NCBI GenBank assembly: GCA_051294375.1
Contig: CM119270.1
Coordinates: forward strand, 11,910,416 to 11,974,415
DNA: 64,000 nucleotides
From: Paraspadella gotoi
Lineage: Eukaryota; Animalia; Chaetognatha
Direction of reading: 5' to 3'
This document shows, one piece after another, positions 39,251 through 52,500 of this stretch. Within the stretch, counting starts at the first letter, position 1. Each line of letters opens with the position of its first letter. Both the position numbers and the translations under genes were made by a program. The notes beneath the pieces were generated by a model that was not told the origin of the DNA, did no database searches, and was given only the letters and a program-made list of their open reading frames with translations.

Positions 39251-42200
39251 GGTGATTTGTGTTGTTGTTGTCGAAACGGAGATAAAAAAGATATATGTGC
39301 GAAGGCCGAACGGGGCAGGGGTAGGGGCAGGGGGGGAGCAGGGGCAGGGGCAGGGGCAGGTGCAGGGCCTTTCAAGGTCGAGAAAAAAAGTTTGGAAGCG
39401 TCGATGTTTCTGTGGGATTTAAAATATCACTACGTTATAAGTCCGAAGTGGCTTTTGAAGGGTCTTCGGTAAAGAGTTACAAAAAAGACGCAAGCAACGA
39501 AAGAATATTCGTGGAAAAACTGACGTCGCTTGTCCAGTGGGCGGATTTTGAGTTTCTATTTTTAACTACCGTCAGTCAGTCAGTCAGTCACACCGGATGT
39601 GGGCTGGAAAGTGATATTACATCCGGCTCACTTTTTCACATCGGCTCAATCCAACCGGGTGGACTTTTCACAGTCACGACTGTAATCGTCTCGTAATTCG
39701 ATTACCAAAATACAGCCGTTTTTTGGCTTTATTAAGAAAGCTTTGAGAAACTTGGGTTGCTTTCTTGTAATTTTTTTTCCAGGATTTTTATTGTTATTTG
39801 AAAGATATTTTAAAATTTTGTTAAAGAGGAATTTCCAAATCTGACACCAATTTAATTTTTATGATTGGATTGATGTCGTTGTTGGGCAACGCGGGTAAAT
39901 ATGGGATCTTGTTAATAATTTTTTAAAGTGGTGATGCAATACAAATAAAAGACAACCGTAAAAGGGGAGTTATTAGTTAAGTGATTTCTTTCATTTCCCT
40001 TCACGAGTGGTTGCATGTTTAATGATGTCGAATTCTTTTTAGTAGTTTTAAAATTTTTATTCATTAAATTCATTAAATCAAGAAATAAGAAACGCATTTT
40101 TTGAAGAAAGTTATGAAAGAAAATTAGCTATAAAATGCTTTTCTTTAAAAATTAATATTTGCTAATTAAATTTTATTAATCTCAATTGACGACATATTAT
40201 CAAAATCGTGAAACGTTTCTGTTATACCATTATTAAGCAACAAGAATGAAACAAGATGACGCAGACAAACATATTGACAGTTAAAATCAAACTAGTCCAT
40301 ATTCCATACTGTATAGTCAATATAAGTTATATGAAAAAGTTTTTTGTTTCTCCAAGGGTTTTGAGCTGAAGATGACGCGCAAGTACGGCGTAGATTCAAA
40401 GAGATCGATCAAAATATAAACAAAAGTCAAGAGATAAAATTTACAAAATAGACATGAAACTACGAAAAATGATAAATTAAACTTTTTTTAGATCGTAATG
40501 ATCTTTTACAAATTTTAGATACTTTCGGCATCTTACAAATCTAAAACTGTAATGTGAAAACAATTGGTGGCGTTCACTATTATCCCTTCAATTTGAACTT
40601 CTTCGTTTTACAAGAGTTTTTTTAACACTACAAATACTCAGTAAAACCTAACACTATTTTTATTCTAAGTACGGTAATCTCAACTTCTGCGTCAAATCAA
40701 ATTAAAGGAGAGAAAGTAATTCCGAACAGGAACCCTTATTTGTTCAGTTTATAGACTTCAAACGGATCCGAGAACAAATTCGCAAAAAAAATTCAGAAAA
40801 GAAAATGTTATAAAACCTTTTTGCGAAAACCATGCTATTCCAACCGCCTTATTTCGTTTTTGCTACACATCCAAGCAGCTGCACCTGCGATTTGTCTTTC
40901 CTGCATCTGTGATTCTGCACTACTTCAGCCCTCAACATCGCCCAGAGGCAAACCGACCTGCAAAGGGCAGCAGACTTTTTTTATTTAGAGCCAAATAGCA
41001 ATTTTTTTGCACGAAATCATAATCTGATGGTTTAATATCCAAGATGTGGTCCATCAGACCGTTTCACACAATGCTGGTGCACAATGCAAAATGCAAGTGC
41101 TTAAGAATTTCTCAATCATATTTTACTGCATTTTAAATGTTCAAATGATATTGCCCCGAATTATTAAATTCATTTTATTTGTACTAATTAAAACAAATTC
41201 TTTCATCCTAAAACTCAAAAAGGAGTGTGCACCGAGAAGGTGCGATCTTTCTTTTTCTTTATTTTTGTCTCATTTTAAGAAACTTACCTCGGAACTTACC
41301 TCGAATTTGCTCGAGGGACGCAGCGGAGGGAAAGAGGGAAAGTAGGAAGAGAAAGAGGGAGAGAAGAGAGGGCAAAGAGAGAGAAAGGAAAGCGAGAGAG
41401 AGGGGGGAGGAGCAAAATTGGGGGGCAGTGAAGAAGTGGCTGAAGTTCACAAGTCTTTTAGTTTTCTCTTTCCAGAAGGAATTTCGACTTCGGAGGCGGC
41501 TTGGTAATTCCCAATCTGATTTTCCGCGAGTTACGGCATTTTTTCACAGGGGCATCTGCTCGACCAACGGCATCTGCTATCAATCTATTTCACTGCTCAA
41601 CTCTTATTTTTTTTACTTTTCTCCTCTCGGACTTGGATACGAAAAAAAAAGATATTTTTTTTCTCTCTCTTTTTTCCAAAATAACTTTATCTAACTTTAT
41701 TTCAAATTCGGTGTTCAACGTCGTTGTTTGTTTATGTCCGTTTTTGCGAGAGAAAATTAAATAAGTTCCGAACTATTTATCTATTAAGCAATAATCTACT
41801 TATCTAACGGCCTAAAAGTAACCAACAACCAATGCGACCTTTTATCAGTAATTTTCTTTATTCTTTCGAAGATGAGTGAGAATTCTCTTTATATTACACA
41901 AACACAACACACGCAGTCACAAAAGTTAACTTTCATTCGATCTACAATCCAAGTAGGTCGTTCTTTCCTTCTAAAATCATCACGACATTCAACGTGAATA
42001 TTACATTATAATTTCTACCACCAATTTTGTTTTCTCATCTCGGTTTTAAGGAAAAAAAACCAAAAAACAAAACAAAAACATCGATGATCGTTAAAACAAA
42101 AATCTCCACATTCGATTTAATTCGTTCCATCTGTGAAAAAAAAACAGGCGTGACTCTCGATTTGGGCATTTTTATCACCGGAGCTTTTTCACGTCCTTCA

Positions 42201-42809
42201 CTTCTTTTTCTCTTCGGCCAAAAAGAAAAAAGATCAGTTGGATGACGTCAGTTTTATTTAAGCCAAATTATTCTTGAATCGGAAGTCGCTCCTTCGCTGC
42301 TCCTTCGAGATTGGGGCAGAGAGAAATTGGGCCAAAGAGAGATTGGGTTCGGGGACCGAGTCCAACAAATTGGATCATCGCGGAGATGGGAGATTGGTAC
42401 AGATTATCTTATCTTGGGAGGGAGTGGTTGATTTCTTTCCGTGTGTATATTATTTTATTACTGTACCATTCCTATAAATTAATACGAACAAATCAAAGAG
42501 AAAATACGCCTTGTGTTGCAAGCGACAACAAATTCAATATTAATAAAATCCATTATGGAGATAATCCCCAGACAAACTTTGCACTTTTCAAGGAAAAAAC
42601 AAAATGTTTGTGTCAGGAAGAAAGTCTTAAGTTAAAGAACATCGCCGGAAGTCTTTCACTTTATCTCCACAACGAATCAATGATAAACATTGATAAAGTA
42701 GTAGAAATGCTATGTTTAAAAAGACCACTCCTGACTCTTGAACGAAACGAAAAATTATTACACGTCAATACAATTTAAATTCAATTTAATTTTCATTCAA
42801 AAGTAGTTT

Positions 42810-42882
42810 TGTGGCGGTAGTGGAGCCAAAAGTGAGATGCCCCTTCCCAATGGGCATCACAGGCAACCTGGCTGTTGCCATA
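42810..42882 (+). mobile_element. 73-bp internally deleted LTR of the TRIM family
   Basis: Starts TGTGGCGGTA and joins directly to the LTR 3' part AGCCAAAAGTGAGATGCCCC...GGCTGTTGCCATA. Flanks GTTT/GCTT are an imperfect TSD. Confidence 0.7.
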
Positions 42883-43472
42883 GCTTTATAAAAAAGATTT
42901 AATTTTTTTCGAAAATATTATTTGAGTCTCTTAACCTCTTTTTTACCAGACTTATCTGTCTTTCAAAAGGAGGCTGGGTTCGTGTGGAAAAAACAAGCTC
43001 CACTTAGTTTTAGCCATTATCTTTTTTTGTTTAAAAGATTCCAGACAACAGTACTGTTTGTCAATGTGCGCCCGACCCACAAATACTATTTTACCATCTT
43101 TAATTTCAATCACATCCTTGACTTGAATTTTAAATTAACCATGACCGATTGATATTTCGAAAAAGATTTTGTAAAAAAATTGTGAATTGTACTTTTCTGA
43201 TAATATTAAATCCATCCAAATAGTTCACTAAAAAGGGTTGGACTCGTAGTTTGAATGCGTCGGTCGTCGGAGAAGCGGTGATGCCTCCCTTATCCTTTTC
43301 GAACTTCCCTTTTGCGGTTTTTCGTCTCCGGTTCACGATTACCTCACCCTCTTTTCCTTTTCACTCCTTCGAAAATTCGCCCCCGCCGATTCTCACAGAC
43401 GAAAACGTGAATCGTGAAAGACAGAATAAAAAAGAGGTTGTTGCATTAACGAAGGGACGAAAGTTCTTAGAA

Positions 43473-43601
<129 letters not shown>

Positions 43602-44183
43602 GCTTCACTCTCTCTCCGGATCTACCCAAAAGAGTTAGAGTGCCTTTTTTGGGTTTGATCGCTTGTGGCGGCCGTCGACAGACTTGAAACCCGAAGGCGG
43701 GCATTCTTCTCTAAATTATTTTTCCTTTTTCTCCGATAAAAACTTCTCTAGAATGTAAATCCAGTTTCTACGTTTTTGTCTGCTTAATCCTGAGTTTCTT
43801 TGTTTATTTTCTTTTCGTAGTGAACCTAATCGTAACCCCAATCGCACCCATTTATTTATATTTATTATTTCGGTGATTTGTAATCAACTCTAAAACTCCA
43901 AAACTTAGAATTCTCTATTTTAAAAAAAGGATACTTTTTTTCTAGTTAATTAACGCGAACCTTCGAGAGACACAGCGAGATATAAAAACATGAAGAGATA
44001 ACCAAAGAACAAAAAAAAACTAATTAAACGATTCAAGACTCAAAACTGAAACTAACTATTGCAAAATGCTTCCACGATAAATTTAAACTTCTGAACAAGG
44101 AAAAACAACGAATACGATAAACAAACTAATCGTTCGTTGATAACCAAAAAAATCGCGATACAGACAATAGTTTCGGAAATACG

Positions 44184-46556
44184 ATGACTTTCGTGTTGGA
44201 CTTCGTCCAGGCGTTGCTCGGCAACAAAGTGTGGATCGACGACGGCGTGGATCGAATCAACCGGAAGTACACAGTCTGCCTCATTCTCATTTGCTTGGTC
44301 ATCATCGTCTCGGGACAATTTTTGAGAGGAGATCAAATCCAATGTTTTCCTCCCGTCTATTTTTCGGGTAAGAGTGAACACTCGTGGAATTTCGTTAGAC
44401 GAGAGGAAAAGTTTCATGTGTAATTTAACACTAATCTCATGAAATTCTTTAATTTTCCTTATCTTTCCACATTTCTACTAATTGAGCGCATTAGCTAATA
44501 ATGATTAGAATATTTTTGTTTTCCTCATTTTTACTACATGATAGCTAGCTACAAAATACTGCAGCTGATCTGGCAAAATTCTTTTCCAACAGTTTGTTAC
44601 AATTACAACTACTTACATTCTCATTCTCAACGACTTTTCCTCACTTTCTCTCTTCTTTATTCACGATTATTTTTTTCAGCGAAAGCCAGTGAGATAAAGG
44701 GAGAGAGAAAAAAAAACACGGCTAATTGCTCTTTGTTTTCCGTTTTCTTGTAAGATTATATAGAGCGGAGAATAAAAAAAAAAACAGGGGTTGATGACTG
44801 CGAACGTTAACTCGTTAATCAGCGTGTATCTCTATTAACGATGGATTTTTCATTAGGAAGGAAAAAGGGTGGAGAGAAGGATCGTGAGGAAACGGGGATG
44901 CATGTTGGGACGGGGGGGGAAGAAGTCAAGCGAAGGGAAAGAATTAAATGATGATAATGTTTAGCGATAAACTTAATTAAAGAAGGGTAAAACAGAGAAA
45001 CAAAAAGTTTATAGATAGTTAAGTACTACCTAAAAATTAATTCTTTTATGGATATTATGAAGTATTATAATTGTTATATTTTGTTGTAGCAAACAAGCAA
45101 CCAAAAAAAAAAGCAAATGAATGATAAGGGCGTATGCAAAGTCGGAAACTTTAGACGTTAAACGGGGAAAGATAATCGTTTCAGACGAAACCCTCGTTAC
45201 ATTAAATGTCCACAAAATTGAAAAATTGGGCGATGAACTCCGCCCGAGTTTTAACGAAGGCTAACGAATTTATCAAAATATCCTCTTAATTATGAATTAC
45301 GATTACGATCCCAATGGCGCAATACCGAAACTAAGAGACTAAAAATCAAGGAAAAAACTCCGATGGTGTTAAAATAAAATAAAAGTTTTACCTTTAAAAT
45401 TCACGAGTCTTTTATATATTTTTTTTGGCCAGATGTGAAGGGAGTTTCGTTCCCGAATTGGCAGCAGTTGAAATTCAAATGTTCTCTTCTGACGCCCAAT
45501 TTTGACATTTTATACGTCGGGTCAAATTTGTCAAGAATATTTAATTTATGTTATTTAACTTTCATCTTTTCATTATTCATTGTTAATTTTCCACGCATAA
45601 TCTTTAAACATGCATATTTTACTAAGATTTGAGTTTGTTTATGAAATTGGTACAACCAATATAAAAATTATCCATTCATTTAATAAATAAGCTATCTATA
45701 TTATTGAATTATTGAATGACTGACGAGAATGGCCATTCGTTCAATTGACTCACCAAAGCTTCTTAATATTGATCTCTTACACCCCCACCTTCTCAACCAC
45801 CCCGCAAACCCTGCCCCCTCCCGCAATCAGGCGAACAGGCGGAGTACGCGGAATCGATCTGCTGGACTCGTTCCACCTGGTATCTCATCGAAGACCCGAA
45901 CGGGAAGGAGCTCCAGCCGGAGGACGAGGAGGGCGGGATGAGAAACATGATCTACTACAAGCAGCAAACTGATCAGAACGGGTACTACCAGACGGGATAC
46001 GTGGGACCTCACACCAAAGCCTCCAGGGTGAGCGCAGAGTGTCAATCAATAAATCAATCAATCAATCATTTAATCGATTAATACATCATTCAATCAATCA
46101 ATCAAATACATATTTTTCCATTACTAAATAATTCAATCATTTAATTTTTCTTCAATACATCATAACAATCGAATCAATCAAATCAATCAAATTAATCAAG
46201 TCAATCAAATCAATCAAGTCAATCAAATCAATCAAGTCAATCAAATTAATAAAAGTAATCAAATCACTCATAATCTCATCAATACGACATGAATCCTTCT
46301 ACAGGTAAGAGTGTCTTACTATCAATGGACTCCCGTGATCCTTGGATTAGAAGCTGCTTGCTTCCTGATGCCTTATCTCGTCTGGCACATCTTGGCGGTC
46401 TCCTCGGGACTCCCGATGGTGTCCATGATCAAGGCCGCCAGGGAAATGTCTAAGGTCAGATCAAGAGACAAAGAAGGAAGGAGAAAAGAAATATAAACAA
46501 CTATAAAAAAAGAGAGAAAAAGAAAGAGAGAAAGAAAAAAATGAAAGAAAGAAAAA

Positions 46557-46588
<32 letters not shown>

Positions 46589-49500
46589 AAAAATGAAATA
46601 GAGAAAAAAATTCAATCAATAAACCTACCAAGCGTTTACTCACTTTAAAGAAAAAAAAGAAGAAAGAGAAAAAGAAAGAAATTGATGAAACCAACGAACC
46701 AAACCAATCAAACCAACCAAACCATCCAAACTCACCAGGTCCAACCAGACTCGGCCACCAGAGGCAACTACTGTCGCGATCTCCTCGATCGATACACGCG
46801 ATACATCGAGAAGACGCACGTGGACAAAACCGTGATGCTGCCGGCCTTCGTCAAGAGGATCTTCCGAATGGGCCGTCACTATGGCAACTACATCTTCTTC
46901 ATGTACTGTTTTATAAAGGTTCGATACTTTGAAGGATGTCTTATTACTTAGTATTAAGTATTTAGTATTAGTATTAGGTTCTATGGATTATTTTCATATT
47001 TAAAATATCTGTCAAATTAACATTGTATCTATTATTTCCTTTTCTTTTTCATGTATTTTTTTCTTTTCTTTTCTTTTCTTTTCTTTTCTTTTCTTTTCTT
47101 CATTATCTTCTCCCTTCTGACCAACGTTTCCGCCCTTCCCCTCTTCTTTTCTCATCCTACTTTTCACCCAGGTACTTTACATGCTGAACTGCGCCGTCCA
47201 GATCATGTTGTTGAAGCTCTTCTTCGGCAACGACCCGCGGATCGACATCCTGGAGCACGGGATGTGGGTCCTCGAGGGTCTCTTCTGGGACGGCACCTGG
47301 CGGCACAGCCCTTGGTTCCCCGTCGAAACAGTCTGCCATTTTAAGGTGGGCGTAGGAGTACACGGTTCCCTAGACACCCCGAAAAAGAAAATAGAAACAA
47401 CCCATTTCTGAAACACAAAAAAATGAAAAATATAATGTTTTTACTACATCGTAGTGAAGTCGAAAAATTCTGATCCAAGCAAGTTTTTTTTTAATTGAAT
47501 TTTAAAGTTTTGTTATAATTTTTCATACAAAATAATGAGAAACTAATCAACGACTTTGTCATTCTTTGTCAAATTTTACTTTCTTTATATTTTTCATTTT
47601 TTTGTGTTTCAAAAATGGGTTATTTCTATTTTATTTTTCGGGGTGTCTAGGGAACCGTGAGTAGTATTGTGTTTAGAGATTGAGCTGTCATACATAATTA
47701 GATTAAATTGCTAATCTGAGTAGATAAATAGGTGAGTAACATTACTTAGGACAACAGCGAAGCAATCACCAGGCACACACAAAACTAAAAACAGTAAGAA
47801 AATGGGGGATGAAAAAAAAATGTCTGCGAGGATAAATGACGACGACGACGACTACGACGACGACGACGACGACAACGACGAGGATGACAATAGTTAAGAC
47901 GTTGACGATCCGACTTCTCTTGAGCTGATTTTAACGACCTGCCCTTTGGCTTAGCTTCCTTCTTTTAGGACTAGGGAGGTGTAAAATGGGAGAAGGTTCG
48001 AGGAAGTGAAAAAAGTGTTGGGCTGAAAGAATTTCCCTTTCGCATTTTGGAAGAAGAACTTATTAGTTTTTTTCAGATGGAAGGTTGAGTGAGTTTGAAG
48101 GAAACTCACTACCTCACCTCCGTTTCGAACAATAGTGGCCATCAGTCCGAACAGCAATTCTTTTTTCGGCCATTATTGTCGGTTTGAAGGTCGGGAGGTG
48201 GAGGTCAAAACGGAGGAGGAGGAAGAGGAAGAGGAGGCTAAAAAAGAAAACTGACGGAAGAGAAGAGGACGAGACGGAAATGATTGACGACTTGCAGATG
48301 GTCGAAGCGTCTGAGGGTCGATCCCTTGACGTCTCAACGTCCACCTTGGGTCATCTGAAGATCCGCAGATGTTTGCGAGACGAAAGATAGAAGCAGGGGA
48401 ACGCTTTAAAAATAAAGAAAGAGATTAAGATTAAGATTAAGATTAAGATTAAGATTTTTATACAAATAGGAATAACTGGTAAAATATAGAACTTTATTAA
48501 TGCTTTTAGCTTACTATTTTTGACTTACTTGACTTACTTGACTTGCCAACGATGCTTAATACCCGACAAAACACATTAATGCCAGTGATGTTCTTGCTAA
48601 AGACTTTTGTGATATTGATAGTGACATTAACTTTGTTGACGATGATCGAGGGACATTGAGCCACTTGGTTTTTACCGACTACACTTCCGGTTCAACAAAG
48701 TTCTTGTATTCCCAGCCCTCCTTTTTCNNNNNNNNNNNNNNNNNNNNNNNNNNNNNNNNNNNNNNNNNNNNNNNNNNNNNNNNNNNNNNNNNNNNNNNNN
48801 NNNNNNNNNNNNNNNNNNNNNNNNNNNNNNNNNNNNNNNNNNNNNNNNNNNNNNNNNNNNNNNNNNNNNNNNNNNNNNNNNNNNNNNNNNNNNNNNNNNN
48901 NNNNNNNNNNNNNNNNNNNNNNNNNNNNNNNNNNNNNNNNNNNNNNNNNNNNNNNNNNNNNNNNNNNNNNNATTCAGACGTTTTTGGGATCATTTTTCTC
49001 GTCACCCAACATGACGTTATGTCTCACAAACTCACGACTTCCACTTAACCTACTCCTAGACACTAAGCTGCACCACCCCATTCCACTCCCGACTACGTTA
49101 CTCCACTCCTATCCCTTCACTCCATTTCCCCCTTCCCCATGCTCCGCTGGAAAGTAAGTTCGACAGAGACTCAGACGGTGTCGGTGCGAAGCTTCGTCTT
49201 TATGAAGACGAATAGACGTGAAAGGAAGAAAGGGAGGCGGAGAGACGAGAGGAGTATAGAAGAAAGCAGAAAAAGGAAGGAAAGAAAAAGAAAAGTAAAG
49301 AGAATAGAAAGAGAGAAAAAAATGTAAGGCGAAAAAATGATAGAAATAGTAGGAGAGAGACATGTGACTTTGGCCGGCGGGAGGAAAATGAGAACGTAAA
49401 GGTAAGCTCTCTCATTTATACTTTCCGGATGAAAAAAAACTATCGGAGAGATATAATTTTGACGGATGGAAGCTCGTATTTCCCGAGGGTAGAGTTATAG

Positions 49501-52500
49501 GACGTGAAGTGCGAAGAGCAACGACAGTTGGGTGAGGACAAAGGACATTTGGCGCGAATACGTGGCGGGGGAGAATCTTTATAATGTAAGGAAGGAAAGG
49601 AAAAGGAAAAGGAAAAGGAAGGAAAGGAAAGCGCGCAAAAATGGGAAGCGTCTTCGGTTCTGAGAAAAGAAACAGAGCAACAAGAGCTCGTAATGCCTTT
49701 CGCAATTGCCGGGAGGCAGTAAAAGCATTGGATGATACTGTATTTTTTCTTCTCGTGACAAATAGAGGGGAAGACGTGGGAAGGCAAATGGAGAGACGGA
49801 CAGATAGTCAGACTAACAGAAACAGAAATAGAAAGACGGACCGAGAAAGGCACAGATAAAACGACAGACGGACTGAAAAGCAAATCGAAACTCTCCAAAA
49901 AAGTCGTTATTCAGGTGAACATTAGCAGTGAGAAAATGTTTCACGTTTCACGCGTGATACATATAAAGTCGACTCACTTTCTTCCCCATGAGGAGTTGAT
50001 GAACAGCAGTAGATGAGATTCAAGAGGTTGAGGACGAGGAGGGCGGGAAAGAGGATCGTGAAGAGCGCGAAGAACTTGTCGTTGTAGAGATTTAAGGGGA
50101 GGATGCATTCGAGGGTGTAGGGGACGGGTTGCCCTGTTGCTCCGCCTGTAATGTGGGGAAGGGGGAAATGGAGTGAAGGGATAGGAGTGGAGTAACGTAG
50201 TCGGGAGTGGAATGGGGTGGTGCAGCTAGTGTTAGGAGTAGGTTAAGTGAGAGTCGTGAGTTGTGTGAGACATAACGTATGTTGGGTGAGAGAAAATGAT
50301 CCCAAAAACGTTGAATTCGTGTGAATACGAAATCGGAAGCGTGACTTGAAGAAGTTGGTTTCAGTGGTGCCTTCACTATGAATGCGCGATTTGCTTTGTT
50401 GCGTGTCTAGTCGTCAAATATAGAGAGAGAGTTTAGTAGGAAAAAGGAGGGCTGGAATACAAGAACTTTGTTGAACCGGAAGTGTAGTCGGTAAAAACCA
50501 AGTGGCTCAATGTCCCTCGATCATCGTCAACAAAGTTAATGTCACTATCATATATCACAAAGTCTTTGCAAGAACATCACTGGCATTAATGTGTTTTGTC
50601 GGGTATTAGGCATCGTTGGCAAGTCAAGTAGAGTCAAGTAAGTCAAAATAGTAAGCTAAAACATCTAATAAAGTTCTATATTTACCAGTTATTCCTATTT
50701 GTATAAAAATCTTAATCTTAATCTTAATCTATAATCTCTTTCTTTATTTTTAAAGCGTTCCCCTGCTTCTATCTTTCGTCTCGCAAACATCTGCGGATCT
50801 TCAGATGACCCAAGGTGGACGTTGAGACGTCAAGGATCGACCCTCTAGACGCTTCGACCATCTGCAAGTCGTCATACATTTCCGTCTCGTCCTCTTCTCT
50901 TCCGTCAGTTTTCTTTTTTAACCTCCTCTTCCTCTTCCTCTCCTCCGTTTTGACCTCCACCTCCGACCTTCAAACCGACAATAATGGCCGAAAAAAGAAT
51001 TGCTGTTCGGACTGATGGCCACTATTGTTGAAACGGAGGTGAGGTAGTGAGTTTCTTTCAAACTCACTCAACCTCTCATCTGAAAAAAACTAATAAGTTC
51101 TTCTTCCAAAATGCGAAGGGAATTCTTTCAGCCCAACACTTTTTGTTCACTTCTCGAACCTTCTCCCACTTTACACCTCCCTAGTCCTAAAAGAAGGAAG
51201 CTAAGCCAAAGGGCAAGGAGAAGTCGGATCGTCAACGTCTTAACTATTGTCATCCTCGTCGTTGATCGTCGTCGTCGTCGTCGTAGTCGTCGTCGTCGTC
51301 ATTTATCCTCGCAGACATTTTTTTTTCATCCCCCATTTTCTTCAAGTATGTCATCCTGTCAGAATCGCTTTCCCCCGGGGGCGGTGCTGGGGGCGGCCTC
51401 GCGGAGTGGCCCGCGGGCCGCCCGAGGGCAGGCAATGCCTTACCGCCTAGGGGCGGCCCCGCTGTGCCTCTTTTTTTGGAGCCCCAAGGGGCCACTGTGC
51501 CAGGGGGAATTCCCCGCAGGGGCTAGAAAAGAACTTGCCCCCTGGGGCTACCCCAGGGGGATGGATTTTTCCTGCCCCCTGGAACGGCTCTCTCTCCCTT
51601 TCGCTATCCTCTCTCCCTCTACTCTCTCTTTCTCTGCTGCCCTCTCTCTCTCTGCCTTTCTCTATCTATTGTTCTATTTTCATCTTTTATTACAATAAAA
51701 TATAAAATAAAATAATATTTTTCACGTTTCAATTAATCAATCAATGAAGCAAAGCTGCACAATACTCAACTTGCATAATTTGGTCACTTGCATAATTTAG
51801 TGCAATTGACATAATTTTGTCCAACTGACATAAATTGGGTCAACTGATATAATTTAATGCAACTTTTAAAAATTTGGGTAACACTTTTATAATTTGGTAA
51901 ACTTTCATAATTTTGGTAAATTTTTTATAATTTAGGTAACTTGCTTAATTGGTTAACCTTCATAATTGGCTTAACTTTTAATAATTTGGTAAAACTTTAA
52001 TAATTTGATAAACTTTCATATTTGGTAAACTTTCATAATTTTGGTAACTTCATAATTTTAATCAATTTGCATATTAAATCAACTCGCATAATTTGGTGCA
52101 ACTTGTTTTTGGTCAATTTCATAGATTTGTGCAATGGGCATAAATTAGTCAAGCTGTATAAATTGGTTAATTTGCTTAATGTTAGTCAGACAGTCATAAT
52201 TTGGTCAACTTGCATAAATTTGGTCAAATGAATTCATTTGGTGCAACAATCCACTTAATAATTATCTAATTAATAATTTTGATGCGCGATAGAAATAAAA
52301 AAAAGAAGAGATAATAGAGTGCAAAAAATTTTTTTAGAGATGGTTCAAGTAAAAGTATACTTTTTTTTTTCCATTAAAACTCACTTTTATTTTTCTACCC
52401 GACATGCACGAAAAATTTTCATCTTAATAATTTGTAATAAATAGAGTAAGGATGGGTTTTAATTTTTTAAGTTTCACTTATAAAAAATAATTATTAAAAT

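Noticed and set aside
47860-48390. Possible nested antisense gene in an innexin B intron
   Set aside because: It has splice-like signals and moderate GC, but no consistent open frame or recognisable domain.
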